Source: Actinomycetes bacterium
GTDB taxonomy: Bacteria > Actinomycetota > Actinomycetes > S36-B12
Direction: 5' to 3'
DNA: 64,000 bases
NCBI GenBank assembly: GCA_037130755.1
Contig: JBAXSI010000007.1
Span: 8,855 to 72,854, forward strand
Shown: one piece after another, positions 1-10,010 of the stretch
How the letters are laid out: every line of letters starts with the position of its first letter
How positions within the stretch are numbered: position 1 is the first letter of the stretch
Notes under the pieces: generated by a model
The model's database searches: none
The model's input: the letters and a program-made list of their open reading frames with translations, nothing else
Told to the model about the DNA's origin: nothing
Translations under genes and position numbers: made by a program

Positions 1-1109
1 CTGACCTCGGCTAGCGGATCGGCCATGTGGAGCGCCGGCTCGGACTTCCACTGCGCGACGAGATCGTGCGACGCCTCGAGCCGCTCAAGGGTCGTCAGAC
101 CGGCGATGGGGATCGGGAAGCGGGCAATGCTCACCGAGTTGGACGCCTGAGCCGTTCGGTCGCCGGCGTCCCCGCGCAGGCTGATCGGGACGGCGACCCG
201 GAGTTCCTCGACCACCACGCCGTGCCGGCGGTGGTAGGCGTCCAGGCCGGCGGCGACCGCCGCCATGAAGCCGTCATTGACGCTGTAGCCCTGCTCCTTG
301 GCGGCATTGCGGAGCCCGCTGAAGGGCACTCCGAAGGCAGCGAACCGATAGGTCGTCCCGCGGCCGGACATGACCGGCGACATCGGGCCGTCCGGCACTG
401 CGGTGAACCGGCCGATCGAGGTGACGGTGTCCCACGCACGGCCCCACGTGGTGCGGGTCTCCGTGACGGTGCCCTTGGCGAAGTCGAGCGCGCCGCGAAC
501 CGTGGCGAACGCCAGATCGGTGCCGCGACGGACGTTGTCGGCGAGATTGGCATAGGTGACGTCGCGGATGCCTACGTCCTCGGCCTCCGGCGCAGCAGGC
601 GGCGGCGGCTCTTCGGGATTGCCCTCTGGGGAGAACTCGAACAGATTCAGGCCCATCATCACCGTGGCCTGGCCATCGGCGATCGAGTGGTGGAGCTTGA
701 GCATGAAGGCCGCCTGTCCGCCCGGCAATCCCTCAACGAGCGCCGCCTCCCAGAGCGGACGGTTGTGGTCGAAGTCGGTCAGGCTCATGCGGCGGGCATC
801 GTGCAGCAGGTCGGCCCAGCCAGTGCCCTCGGCGAGGCGGTAGCGACGAAGGTGGACATCGAGGTCGAAGTCAGGGTCCACGGCCAAGCGTGGTGCCGAC
901 AGCCCGAGGGCGCCGTACAGCGGGCGCATGCGCAGGGCCGGGACGAACAGTGTGAGCCGGTCGATGCGGTGTCGCAGGCGCTGCCAGTCGGGCGCCGCCT
1001 CCAGGATCGTCAGCGCAATGACGGTCGAGCGCATCGTCGGGTCGCCCGCGGCGGTGCGGAAGGTCGCCGCGTCCCACCCGCGCATCTGCGTTCCGACGAA
1101 CTCGTTCAT
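1..1109 (-). CDS. wax ester synthase/diacylglycerol acyltransferase (WS/DGAT) family protein, C-terminal end outside window
   Basis: Absent from the ORF track because there is no stop in the window. My reverse translation from ATG 1109-1107 gives MNEFVGTQMRGWDAATFRTAAGDPTMRSTV..., and the catalytic HHSIADG (HHxxxDG) motif sits near residue 140 (nt ~692-672). The listed + ORF 27..1157 is its antisense shadow. Confidence 0.75.
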   Translation of the reverse strand, partial: MNEFVGTQMRGWDAATFRTAAGDPTMRSTVIALTILEAAPDWQRLRHRIDRLTLFVPALRMRPLYGALGLSAPRLAVDPDFDLDVHLRRYRLAEGTGWADLLHDARRMSLTDFDHNRPLWEAALVEGLPGGQAAFMLKLHHSIADGQATVMMGLNLFEFSPEGNPEEPPPPAAPEAEDVGIRDVTYANLADNVRRGTDLAFATVRGALDFAKGTVTETRTTWGRAWDTVTSIGRFTAVPDGPMSPVMSGRGTTYRFAAFGVPFSGLRNAAKEQGYSVNDGFMAAVAAGLDAYHRRHGVVVEELRVAVPISLRGDAGDRTAQASNSVSIARFPIPIAGLTTLERLEASHDLVAQWKSEPALHMADPLAEV

Positions 1110-1134
1110 CGCGCCCCCAAGTGGTCGGTCATGA

Positions 1135-1890
1135 CTACTGGTCGACCAGTTCCATGACCTCATCGCTGACATCGAAGTTCGCATACACGTTCTGGACGTC
1201 GTCGTTGTCCTCGAGCGCCTCGATGAGTCGGAACACCTTGCGGGCGCCCTCCTCGTCGAGGTCGACGCTCATGCTCGGCAGGAAGCTGGCCTCCGCCGAG
1301 TCGTAGTCGAGGCCCGCCGCCTGGATCGCCGTGCGAACCGCGACCATGTCGGTCGCCTCCGACACGATCTCGAACGACTCACCGAGATCATTGACCTCCT
1401 CGGCCCCGGCATCGAGGACGACCATGAGGATGTCGTCCTCCGACGTGCCCTCTGCCTTGGGAACGATCACCACGCCCTTGCGAGCGAACAGGTAGGCGAC
1501 CGATCCGGGGTCGGCCATGGAGCCGCCGTTGCGTGTCAGAGCCACCCTGACGTCGGTGGCGGCCCGGTTGCGGTTGTCGGTCAGACACTCCACGAGCAAC
1601 GCAACGCCGCTGGGGCCGTATCCCTCGTACATGATCGTCTGCCAGTCGGCGCCGCCCGCCTCAGCGCCAGAGCCGCGCTTGACCGCGCGGTCGATGTTGT
1701 CGGCCGGCACCGAGTTCTTCTTGGCCTTTTGAATGGCGTCGTAGAGAGTCGGGTTGCCGTTGACGTCACCGCCGCCCATGCGCGCAGCGACCTCGATGTT
1801 CTTGATAAGGCGGGCGAAGAGCTTGCCGCGCTTGGCGTCGACGACGGCCTTCTTGTGCTTCGTGGTCGCCCATTTGGAGTGACCGCTCAT
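1135..1890 (-). CDS. YebC/PmpR family DNA-binding transcriptional regulator
   Basis: 251-aa ORF beginning [37 protein letters not shown], a textbook YebC N-terminus. Its start overlaps the pdxT stop as ATGA. Confidence 0.95.
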   Translation of the reverse strand: MSGHSKWATTKHKKAVVDAKRGKLFARLIKNIEVAARMGGGDVNGNPTLYDAIQKAKKNSVPADNIDRAVKRGSGAEAGGADWQTIMYEGYGPSGVALLVECLTDNRNRAATDVRVALTRNGGSMADPGSVAYLFARKGVVIVPKAEGTSEDDILMVVLDAGAEEVNDLGESFEIVSEATDMVAVRTAIQAAGLDYDSAEASFLPSMSVDLDEEGARKVFRLIEALEDNDDVQNVYANFDVSDEVMELVDQ

Positions 1891-2489
1891 GGATTCCTCA
1901 CCATCTCGACGAAGTACTCGTGGATCCTCAGGTCGCCGGTCAGCTCTGGGTGGAAGGCCGTGGCCAGGAGCCGGCCCTGCCGGACGGCCACGATCGTACC
2001 GTCGCCGTCTCCGCGATCCACCGTCGCGAGCACCTCGACGTCCGAGCCGATCTCATCGACGCGCGGCGCACGGATGAACACGGCAGGAAAGGGCTCCCCA
2101 CCGATGGCCGGGATCCGGACATTGGCCTCGAAGGAGTCCACCTGCCGGCCGAAGGCGTTGCGACGGACGGTCACGTCCAGGCCACCGATCGTCTCCTGGT
2201 CGTGGCGGGCGTCCGTCACCCGGTCGGCGAGCATGATCATCCCCGCACACGAGCCGTACATGGGCAGTCCGCCGGCGCGCGCCGCCCGCAGGGGTTCGAG
2301 GAGCCCGTCCATGATCGCCAGCTTGGACATCGTGGTGGACTCCCCGCCCGGGATGACGAGGGCGTCGACGGTGTCGAGGACGTCGACGCTGCCAACAGCT
2401 ACTGCCCGGGCGCCAGAAAGCTCCAGGGAGCGAATGTGCTCACGTACATCACCCTGAAGCGCGAGCACCCCGATGAGCGGGGCACTCAT
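1887..2489 (-). CDS. pdxT: pyridoxal 5'-phosphate synthase glutaminase subunit PdxT
   Basis: 200-aa ORF with [17 protein letters not shown] and GSCAGMIML (GATase nucleophile Cys). It lies directly downstream of pdxS. Confidence 0.95.
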   Translation of the reverse strand: MSAPLIGVLALQGDVREHIRSLELSGARAVAVGSVDVLDTVDALVIPGGESTTMSKLAIMDGLLEPLRAARAGGLPMYGSCAGMIMLADRVTDARHDQETIGGLDVTVRRNAFGRQVDSFEANVRIPAIGGEPFPAVFIRAPRVDEIGSDVEVLATVDRGDGDGTIVAVRQGRLLATAFHPELTGDLRIHEYFVEMVRNP

Positions 2490-2492
2490 GCG

Positions 2493-3389
2493 CTACCAGC
2501 CGCGGTCTTCGAGCCGGTGGTGAACGGGGATGTCGGCGACGTTGATGCCGACCATCGCCTCGCCGAGCCCGCGGGAGACCTTCGCGACGACGTCCGGCTC
2601 ATTGAAGTGCCTCGTCGCCTGGACGATCGCCTGCGCGCGCTTCTCCGGCTCGTCCGACTTGAAGATGCCGGAGCCGACGAACAGGCCATCGGCACCGAGC
2701 TGCATCATCATCGAGGCGTCAGCGGGGGTTGCGATGCCACCCGCGACGAACAGCACAACCGGGAGCGACCCACGCTCGGCCACCTCCTTGACCAGGTCGT
2801 ACGGCGCCTGGAGCTCCTTGGCCGCCACGTAGAGCTCGTCCTTGGACATCGAGCTCAGGCGGGCGATCTCGCCGCGAATGGTGCGGATATGGGTGACGGC
2901 GTTCGAGACGTCGCCGGTGCCGGCCTCACCCTTGCTGCGGATCATGGCCGCACCCTCGGTGATGCGCCGCAGCGCCTCGCCGAGATTGGTCGCCCCGCAA
3001 ACGAAGGGAACGGTGAACTGCCACTTGTCGATGTGGTTCTTGTAGTCGGCGGGCGTGAGGACCTCGGACTCGTCGATGTAGTCGACGCCGAGGGACTGGA
3101 CGACCTGCGCTTCCGCGAAGTGACCGATGCGGGCCTTGGCCATGACGGGGATGGAGACGGTCGCGATGATCTCGTCGATCATGTCGGGGTCGGACATGCG
3201 GGCCACGCCGCCCTGCGCGCGGATGTCGGCGGGCACGCGCTCGAGGGCCATGACAGCCACGGCACCGGCGTCCTCGGCGATCTTCGCCTGCTTGGCGGTG
3301 ACCACGTCCATGATCACGCCGCCCTTGAGCATCTCCGCCATGCCCCGCTTGACCCGGTCAGTACCGACGACAGCCGACGAGTCCGACAC
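2493..3389 (-). CDS. pdxS: pyridoxal 5'-phosphate synthase lyase subunit PdxS
   Basis: ORF 2493..3440 contains [19 protein letters not shown]...[14 protein letters not shown] place the start at GTG 3389, which has GAGG about 6 nt upstream. The 17 residues upstream of it look non-homologous. Confidence 0.95.
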   Translation of the reverse strand: MSDSSAVVGTDRVKRGMAEMLKGGVIMDVVTAKQAKIAEDAGAVAVMALERVPADIRAQGGVARMSDPDMIDEIIATVSIPVMAKARIGHFAEAQVVQSLGVDYIDESEVLTPADYKNHIDKWQFTVPFVCGATNLGEALRRITEGAAMIRSKGEAGTGDVSNAVTHIRTIRGEIARLSSMSKDELYVAAKELQAPYDLVKEVAERGSLPVVLFVAGGIATPADASMMMQLGADGLFVGSGIFKSDEPEKRAQAIVQATRHFNEPDVVAKVSRGLGEAMVGINVADIPVHHRLEDRGW

Positions 3390-3476
3390 TTGAACCTCAC
3401 ACAGAAAGGAATGCGGCCTACTGCCGCCTAGGACGCCCAATCCTACGGCCTCGCCCGTAATCGGCCGTCACCGCGT

Positions 3477-4028
3477 TCAGCGGCTGAGCAGGCCCGGGGG
3501 CAGGGTGTCGTCCATCTCGATGGTGTCGGGCCAGGGGGTGTGCCCCGCCAGGCCGAAGAGCCGGACCATGCGCTGCCGTCGCAGCTGCCGGCAGGCTCGG
3601 ACCCCGTCGTTGAGGAATCGCCTCGACAACTGCACCCGTCGGCAGGCTGCACCGAGCTCGGCGAGCATCTCCTCCCCATGCGGGGCGGCTGCCACCTCGA
3701 CGATGTCGTCCTCGTCCAGGGCGACCAGCAAAGCCGCCGTCAGGTCCGACTCGGCCAGTGCCCGGTCGTCCGCAGGGCCGTCCGACGCCGTGCGGGCATC
3801 GTGGGCAGCCTCGGCGAGCACCAGGCTGGCAGCGGGGTCGAGTGCACCGGACGACGCGAGCTCGAGGGCCACCGACGAGCGTCGCAGAAGCTGCGCGTCG
3901 AGTGAGAGCCACGACGAGTCGATCCGACGGTGCAGGTGGTCCAGCCGGCCGGCCGTCATGCTGAGGTAGGCGCCCAGCAGAAGCAGGAAGACCAGCACGA
4001 CGACCCCGAGGATCGCCCAGCCGGTCAT
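3477..4028 (-). CDS. membrane-anchored hypothetical protein (weak LemA-like N-terminal pattern)
   Basis: 183-aa ORF with an N-terminal TM helix (WAILGVVVLVFLLLLGAYL) followed by RLDHLHRRIDSSWLSLDAQLLRR. Its start overlaps the pimA stop as ATGA, so it is co-transcribed. The function call is weak. Confidence 0.6.
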   Translation of the reverse strand: MTGWAILGVVVLVFLLLLGAYLSMTAGRLDHLHRRIDSSWLSLDAQLLRRSSVALELASSGALDPAASLVLAEAAHDARTASDGPADDRALAESDLTAALLVALDEDDIVEVAAAPHGEEMLAELGAACRRVQLSRRFLNDGVRACRQLRRQRMVRLFGLAGHTPWPDTIEMDDTLPPGLLSR

Positions 4029-5197
4029 GAACTGTCTCCGCGCGAGCTGAGCCGGCCGACCAGCTGACCGCGCAGGTCCTCGGTCACCTTCTCGCCGGGG
4101 GTGTGGACGCTCTCGTAGACGGCGATGACCTCGTCGACCACCCGGTCCCAGTCGAACTCGCGAACTCGGATGTCCGCCTTGGCCACGTAGTCGGCGCGCA
4201 GTGAGTCATCGCGCAGGAGGGACACCAGCCCGCTGGCCAGTTCGGCGGAGTCCTGGTTGGGGAACAGGCGGCCGCAGGCGCCGTCCTCAAGGACCCGGCG
4301 GAACGCCGGGAGGTCGGAGGCCAGCACGGCCGCCTGCGCAGCCATCGCCTCGACCAGGACGATGCCGAACGACTCTCCCCCGGTGTGCGGCGCGACGTAG
4401 ACGTCGACCGAACGGAGTGCTCGTGCCTTGTCGTCGTCGGAGATGAACCCGAGGAAGCGGATGTTGTCGCGGATCTCCTCAGGCAGCGAGTCCCGCGCCT
4501 CGTCGACGTCGCCAGGACCGGCGACAAGGACTTCGAGGTCGGGCACCTGCTGAAGCACAGCGGGGAGCGCTTCGAAGAGGATGCCGAGGCCCTTGCGCGG
4601 CTCGTCCATGCGCCCGAGGAACAGGGCCCGCGGGCGCTGCTGTTCGGTTCCGGCGAGCCGGTCGGTGGCTGCGAATGCCGAGACCCGGACGCCATTGGGG
4701 ATCAGCACGGCGTCACCGCCGAGGTGAGCGACCATCGTCCGCCGGGCGTCCTCGCTGACGGCGATGCGCCCGCGCACCTTCTCCATCGCGGTCTGGCCGA
4801 CGTAGTAGCCAGCCGACATGATCCGCGATCGGTCATGCGAGGAGTGCCACGTGGCCACCAGCGGCCCGCGCGCCACCCACAGGGCGAGGATCGACAGGCT
4901 CGGCGCGACCGGCTCGTGCACGTGCACGATGTCGAAGTCCCCCTCGCGGATCCAGTTGCGCACTCGTCGGGTCGCCTTCACCCCGAAGCTCAGGCGCGCC
5001 ACCGAGCCGTTGTAGCGAACCGCGGTGGGCTTGCCGCCGTCAGCGACCCACGACGGGAGGTCGGCCGGATCATCGACGGGAGCGAGCACGCTCACGTCGT
5101 GACCGTGATCGCCCAATGCGACGGCAAGGTCGGCGACGTGGCTGCGAACGCCGCCGGGCACATCCCACGAATACGGGCAGACGAGCCCGACCCTCAT
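4025..5197 (-). CDS. pimA: GT4 phosphatidyl-myo-inositol alpha-mannosyltransferase (PimA-like)
   Basis: Start placed at the internal MRVGLVCPYSWDVPGGVRSHVADLA, the canonical PimA N-terminus, with ATGA overlap to the upstream acyltransferase stop (5194-5197). The Arg-rich 67-aa extension in the track is rejected. Confidence 0.85.
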   Translation of the reverse strand: MRVGLVCPYSWDVPGGVRSHVADLAVALGDHGHDVSVLAPVDDPADLPSWVADGGKPTAVRYNGSVARLSFGVKATRRVRNWIREGDFDIVHVHEPVAPSLSILALWVARGPLVATWHSSHDRSRIMSAGYYVGQTAMEKVRGRIAVSEDARRTMVAHLGGDAVLIPNGVRVSAFAATDRLAGTEQQRPRALFLGRMDEPRKGLGILFEALPAVLQQVPDLEVLVAGPGDVDEARDSLPEEIRDNIRFLGFISDDDKARALRSVDVYVAPHTGGESFGIVLVEAMAAQAAVLASDLPAFRRVLEDGACGRLFPNQDSAELASGLVSLLRDDSLRADYVAKADIRVREFDWDRVVDEVIAVYESVHTPGEKVTEDLRGQLVGRLSSRGDSS

Positions 5198-6144
5198 GGC
5201 TTGCGCCTGGACATGTCGAGGTCGGCCAGCCACACCGGCTGCATCATGTGCCAGTCGACGCTGTGGTCGCGGATGGACCGCTCGTGCGCGTTGGCAATCC
5301 CCTGCGTCATCACCTGGATCTTCTCCGCGCGCGTGCCCTCGGCGGGCACGGGGATCGGATCGTGGATGTAGCCGGTCGCGAGCGGGCCGTCGTACCACAA
5401 GGTGACGGGCATCACCGGACGACCGGTCAGCATGCCGAGAACGGCGGGGCCGGCTGGCAGCGAGGCGGGCTCGCCGAAGAAGTCCACGACGACGCCGCTG
5501 CGGCTGATGTCGCGGTCACCGAGGAGCGGCACGATCTGCCCCTGCTGCAGGGCACGCCCGAGCTTTCGGATCACGTCCGGATCGCCGAGGGCGACGACGC
5601 TCATCCCCAGCGACTGGCGGTACTCGAGGAACTGCTCGAACAGCCCCTCGGGCTTGAGCCGCTCCGCCACCGTCGTGAGCCCGCCGTACCGCAGGCAGCC
5701 CCAGGCGCCGGCGAGGTCCCAGTTGCCGCCATGGTTCACAACCATCACTGCCCCGGTGCCCGACTCGACGGCGGCGTCCATGAGCTCCTTGCGCTGGAGA
5801 TCGAACCGCCCGCGAATCTCGTCCGGGCTCATGGTCGGCAGCCGGAATGCCTCGCACCAGTACCGCAGGTAGCTGCGCATGCCGAGCCGGCTGAGGTCGC
5901 GAAGGTCGACGGCCGAGGCATCGGGGTGGATACGCGCCTGGTTCTTCTCGAACTGCAGCACTCCCCCGCCGCGTCGACGCCACAGCACATCGGCAGCGCG
6001 GTCGAAGGCGGCGAAGGCCGCCCGCTCGGGAAGCACCTTGACCAGGCGCCAGCCCGTCGAGAAGGCCCACTCAGTGGCTGCGTCCTTGACGCGAGCAGAT
6101 CGCGACACGGCCACGTCAGATCTCACGGTGTCCGGATCAGTCAT
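5194..6144 (-). CDS. phosphatidylinositol mannoside acyltransferase (LpxL/HtrB-type lysophospholipid acyltransferase; Rv2611c/PatA-like)
   Basis: 316-aa ORF with NHGGNWDLAG (HX4D acyltransferase motif). Its position between pgsA1 and pimA matches mycobacteria. Confidence 0.8.
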   Translation of the reverse strand: MTDPDTVRSDVAVSRSARVKDAATEWAFSTGWRLVKVLPERAAFAAFDRAADVLWRRRGGGVLQFEKNQARIHPDASAVDLRDLSRLGMRSYLRYWCEAFRLPTMSPDEIRGRFDLQRKELMDAAVESGTGAVMVVNHGGNWDLAGAWGCLRYGGLTTVAERLKPEGLFEQFLEYRQSLGMSVVALGDPDVIRKLGRALQQGQIVPLLGDRDISRSGVVVDFFGEPASLPAGPAVLGMLTGRPVMPVTLWYDGPLATGYIHDPIPVPAEGTRAEKIQVMTQGIANAHERSIRDHSVDWHMMQPVWLADLDMSRRKP

Positions 6145-6760
6145 GCGCGTCCGGCTTGGCCGGCTTCAACTGCGTGCGGACCGTGGCGACGCGCTGCGCG
6201 ATCGTGACCAGCCCGAGGAGGCCCAGGAGCCACAGTGCCGCCGGAAGGATGTAGGGCACGCCGAACCCGGTGAGCAGGACCGCCACTGCCGCCACGATCA
6301 GCCGCTCAGCACGTTCGGCAATCCCGACATTTGCCGTTGCACCGACCGCCTCGGCGCGGGCCTTGGCGTACGACGTGACCTGACCAGTGACCAGCGCGAG
6401 CGAGGCGGCCGCCGTTATCCACGGCTGGTCCTGGAACGCGCCGTAGAGCGCGAGCCCGCCGAAGATGGCCCCGTCGCTGAGGCGATCGAGTGTCGCATCC
6501 AGGAAGTTGCCCCACGGGCCGGAGGTGCCGGTCATCCGCGCCATCGTCCCGTCGAGCAGGTCGCTCAGCGCAAGGACGAACAAGATGATCACGGCCCAGA
6601 CGAACCAGCCCTGCGGCAGGAACGTCAGCGCCACGATCACCACGCCGAGCGTCCCTGCGACGGTGATGGCATCGGGAGAGATGTGCATGCGCAGCAGGAG
6701 TCGGGCAACGGGATCGACGGCTCCGCTGACGACTCGGCGGGCGCCCGGATTGTTCAACAC
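6137..6760 (-). CDS. pgsA1: CDP-alcohol phosphatidyltransferase (phosphatidylinositol phosphate synthase, PgsA1-like)
   Basis: This is the 3' part of the 932-aa track ORF. It has DLLDGTMARM...GNFLDATLDRLSD (the D-x2-DG-x2-AR...G-x3-D-x3-D motif) and multiple TM segments. GTG 6760 gives 207 aa. The exact start is uncertain. Confidence 0.85.
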   Translation of the reverse strand: MLNNPGARRVVSGAVDPVARLLLRMHISPDAITVAGTLGVVIVALTFLPQGWFVWAVIILFVLALSDLLDGTMARMTGTSGPWGNFLDATLDRLSDGAIFGGLALYGAFQDQPWITAAASLALVTGQVTSYAKARAEAVGATANVGIAERAERLIVAAVAVLLTGFGVPYILPAALWLLGLLGLVTIAQRVATVRTQLKPAKPDAHD

Positions 6761-6871
6761 GTCGCTGATGCTATCGGCCGACGCGATAGCGTCAGAGGAC
6801 TGCAAGCCGTCCGGTTGCCTCGGCAGCCACGCAAGGTGGACGCTAACCGGACATCCCTGAAGGAGCCGTAG

Positions 6872-9028
6872 ATGGTCGAGAAGAAGTCGGACCGGAAGTC
6901 CGGAGCCGCCCCCGTTGCCGTGGCCGCCGAGCGGATCCGCAACGTCGTGCTTGTGGGTCCGGCCGGGTCCGGCAAGACCACCCTCCTGGAGTCGCTCCTG
7001 AACGCTGCGGGAGCGACTTCTCGTCGAGGCAGCATCGTCGACGGGACCACGATCGGCGACTCCGACCCGGTGGCCATCCGACAGAAGCGATCCGTGGGCC
7101 TGTCCGTCGCGTCCTTCGACTGGAAGGGCGACGTCATCAACCTCATCGACACGCCCGGCTACGCCGACTTCATGGGCGAGCTTCGCGCCGGCCTTCGTGG
7201 AGCGGACGCTGCACTCTTCGTCGTCTCCTCGGTCGACGGCGTCGACGGGGCCACCGCGAAGTTGTGGGATGAGTGCGAGTTCGTGTCGATGCCGCGGGCC
7301 GTCGTGGTGACCAACCTCGACAAGGAGCGGGCCGACTTCGACGAGACCGTCGCTGTCTGCCAGCGCATGTTCACCGGCGGCGGCGGTGTGCTTCCGCTGT
7401 TCTTGCCCCTGCATGGTGACGACGGCGTTGTCGCTGGCTTCATCGACCTGCTCGATGAGCAGATCTGGGACTGGAGCGCAGGCTCCCTCGCCGTCCGCGA
7501 CGCCGAGGATCGCCACAAGGAACTGATCGAGACCGAGCGCGGCTCGCTCATCGAGGGCGTCGTCACCGAGTCCGAGGACGAGGACTTGATGGAGCGGTTC
7601 ATCGGCGGCGAGCACGTCGAGAACGACCTCCTGGCCACCGACCTCGAGAAGGCCGTGGCCAAGGGCCACTTCCACCCGGTGATGGGCCACGCCGTCACGG
7701 CTGCCAACGTCGGCTCCGAGTTGATCCTCGACTTGATCGTGCGTGGCTTCCCATCCCCGGTGGAGCACACCCTCCCCACGGTCACGGGTATCGACGGCTC
7801 CCCCGCCGCGCCCATCGCGTCCGACCCCGCCGGCCCCTTGGTCGCTGAGGTCATCAAGACCACGTCCGACCCGTACGTCGGCAAGGTGTCGATCGTCCGC
7901 GTGTTCTCGGGCACCCTGAAGAGCGATGCGGTGGTGCACGTCTCCGGCCACTTCGGCGATGGCTCCGGGCATGAAAGCCACGACGTCGACGAGCGCATCG
8001 GCCACCTGACGGCGATGCTCGGCAGCAGCTTCACCGACGTGACGGCCGCCATCGCGGGCAGCATCGTGGCGGTCAGCAAGCTCACGCGTGCGGAGACCGG
8101 CGACACCCTGTCCTCGCCTGAGAGCCCGCTGCTCATGGATCCGTGGCGCATGCCCGAGCCACTGCTGCCGCTGGCGATCAAGCCGCACAGTGCTGGCGAC
8201 GACGACAAGCTCGGCACTGCACTCAGCCGCATCGTGGCCGAGGACCCGACCCTGCGCGTCGACCATCCCGAGGAGACCGGGCAGATCATCCTCTGGACGC
8301 TCGGCGAGGCCCACGCGGACCTCGTCCTGGACCGCATCAAGACCCGTTACGGCGTCGAGGTCGACTCGGCGGAGATGCGTGCCTCGATGCGCGAGACCTT
8401 CGCCGCGCCCGCAGGAGGCAACGGCCGCCTGGTCAAGCAGTCCGGCGGCCACGGCCAATATGCCGTGTGCGAGATCAACGTCGAGCCGCTGCCGGCCGGC
8501 ACCGGCTTCGAGTTCGTCGACAAGATCGTCGGCGGCGCGATCCCACGCAACTTCATCCCTTCGGTGGAGAAGGGCCTCCGTAGTCAGATGACATTGGGCG
8601 TCGCCGCGGGCTTCCCGCTCGTCGACATCCGAGTAACGCTGCTCGACGGGAAGTTCCACACCGTCGACTCGTCTGACATGGCCTTCCAGCACGCGGGCTC
8701 GCTGGCCCTGAAGGACGCGGCCGCGAAGACGACCATCAGCCTGCTCGAGCCGATCGTGACGCTGACCGTGATCGTCCCGGACGAGCACGTGGGCGCCGTC
8801 ATCGCCGACGTGTCGACCCGACGCGGAATGATCAGGGGCACCAACTCGCTGGCCGGCGGTCGCTCGCAGGTCGTCGCCGAGGTGCCGGAGGCCGAGATCT
8901 CGCGCTATGCGATCGACATCCGCAGCATCACCCATGGAACCGGCGAGTTCAGCCGGGAGCCCGCGGGCTACGCGGCGGTGCCGGCGAACATCGCCAAGAA
9001 GATCATCGACGAGTCCCAGGCCAAGTAA
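6872..9028 (+). CDS. elongation factor G-like GTPase (EF-G2 type)
   Basis: 718-aa ORF with GAAGGAG RBS upstream. It has G1 GPAGSGKTT, DTPGYADF, and TNLDKE in place of NKxD, and EF-G domains II-V are recognisable. Confidence 0.9.
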   Translation: MVEKKSDRKSGAAPVAVAAERIRNVVLVGPAGSGKTTLLESLLNAAGATSRRGSIVDGTTIGDSDPVAIRQKRSVGLSVASFDWKGDVINLIDTPGYADFMGELRAGLRGADAALFVVSSVDGVDGATAKLWDECEFVSMPRAVVVTNLDKERADFDETVAVCQRMFTGGGGVLPLFLPLHGDDGVVAGFIDLLDEQIWDWSAGSLAVRDAEDRHKELIETERGSLIEGVVTESEDEDLMERFIGGEHVENDLLATDLEKAVAKGHFHPVMGHAVTAANVGSELILDLIVRGFPSPVEHTLPTVTGIDGSPAAPIASDPAGPLVAEVIKTTSDPYVGKVSIVRVFSGTLKSDAVVHVSGHFGDGSGHESHDVDERIGHLTAMLGSSFTDVTAAIAGSIVAVSKLTRAETGDTLSSPESPLLMDPWRMPEPLLPLAIKPHSAGDDDKLGTALSRIVAEDPTLRVDHPEETGQIILWTLGEAHADLVLDRIKTRYGVEVDSAEMRASMRETFAAPAGGNGRLVKQSGGHGQYAVCEINVEPLPAGTGFEFVDKIVGGAIPRNFIPSVEKGLRSQMTLGVAAGFPLVDIRVTLLDGKFHTVDSSDMAFQHAGSLALKDAAAKTTISLLEPIVTLTVIVPDEHVGAVIADVSTRRGMIRGTNSLAGGRSQVVAEVPEAEISRYAIDIRSITHGTGEFSREPAGYAAVPANIAKKIIDESQAK

Positions 9029-9047
9029 CTCTGGGCTGCTGGCGGCG

Positions 9048-9497
9048 TCAGGCGGACGGCCACTCCAGTGATGGCCGACCCGTGTCGGTTCCGACGAACT
9101 CGGCGTCCGGCCCGCCCGCGAACCGCAGCGACCACAGTTGTGGCGTGAGCGGGCAGTAGCGGTGCTCCGCGCGCTCGACGGCCATGATGTCGCCGGACGT
9201 CAGCAGGACGGCGACCGCGCCGTCCTCCGTCCAGAACTCGACGATGCCGTCACCCTCGAGCACAGTCTCGAACTCGTTGACGTTATTGATGTGCCAGGCG
9301 CCCATTCCTGTGGCAGCAGCCTCCTCATCGACCGGGGGTTCGGCGGTCATCTGGAAGCGCTCGTGCACCGCGTCGGAGCCCAGGATGTCCGCCCTGATCT
9401 CGTCGTGGTCGGGTGCGTCGATGGTCAGGATGCGCACGCCGACGTCCGCCAGCAGCACGCGTGCCGCTGACTCGACTCGTCCGATGAACTCCGCCAT
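9048..9497 (-). CDS. hypothetical protein (possible C-terminal cupin-like fold)
   Basis: Start moved to ATG 9497 (MAEFIGRVE), which has GGGAGAAG upstream. It follows the HIT gene immediately. The EFETVLEGDGIVEFWTEDG...SGD pattern resembles small cupins. The function is unknown. Confidence 0.55.
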   Translation of the reverse strand: MAEFIGRVESAARVLLADVGVRILTIDAPDHDEIRADILGSDAVHERFQMTAEPPVDEEAAATGMGAWHINNVNEFETVLEGDGIVEFWTEDGAVAVLLTSGDIMAVERAEHRYCPLTPQLWSLRFAGGPDAEFVGTDTGRPSLEWPSA

Positions 9498-9499
9498 GG

Positions 9500-10009
9500 C
9501 TACTTCTCCCACTCCTCTGCGAGCAGCACGCGAGTGTCCTCGAGCAGCTGCGGGATGACCTTGGTGCCGCCGATGATCGGCATGAAGTTCGTGTCGCCGC
9601 CCCAGCGCGGGACGATGTGCTGGTGCAGGTGGCCCGCGATGCCGGCGCCGGAGATCGAGCCCTGGTTCATGCCGATGTTGAAGCCCTGCGCACCGGACAC
9701 CGTGCGCAGCACGCGCATCGCCCTCTGGGTGAAGGCGGCGAGCTCGGCCACCTCGCTGTCAGCGAGATCGGTGTAGTCGGCGACGTGCCGGTAAGGACAG
9801 ATCATCAGGTGGCCGGAGTTGTACGGGTACAGGTTGAGGACGGCGTAGACCTCCTCGCCCCGCGCAACGACGAGTCCTTCGTCGACCGGAAGGTCCGGCG
9901 CTCGGCAGAACGGGCAGTCGTTCCCCGCGTCATCGTGGTGAGGCTTGCCCTCGCCACGGAGGTACACCATCCGGTGCGGGGTGTAGAGCCGCTCCCACCC
10001 GTCGGTCAT
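9500..10009 (-). CDS. HIT family protein (Ap4A phosphorylase-like, Rv2613c-like)
   Basis: Start at MTDGWERLYTPHRM. The histidine triad GHLHQHIVPR is present. It lies 1 nt downstream of the thrS stop. Confidence 0.9.
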   Translation of the reverse strand: MTDGWERLYTPHRMVYLRGEGKPHHDDAGNDCPFCRAPDLPVDEGLVVARGEEVYAVLNLYPYNSGHLMICPYRHVADYTDLADSEVAELAAFTQRAMRVLRTVSGAQGFNIGMNQGSISGAGIAGHLHQHIVPRWGGDTNFMPIIGGTKVIPQLLEDTRVLLAEEWEK

Positions 10010-10010
10010 G

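Noticed and set aside
27-1157. 376-aa + strand ORF at the left edge
   Set aside because: It is Arg/Gly/Ala-rich with no motifs. It is the antisense shadow of a minus-strand WS/DGAT gene (HHSIADG motif) that the track misses because its stop lies outside the window.
1920-3431. 503-aa + strand ORF
   Set aside because: It lies antisense to the clearly homologous pdxT and pdxS genes. The composition is typical of high-GC shadow frames.
6761-8935. Upstream ~725 codons of the 932-aa minus-strand ORF 6137..8935
   Set aside because: Only the last ~207 codons (pgsA1) show homology and TM structure. The rest is antisense to the EF-G-like gene and is low complexity (R/G/A/D/H).
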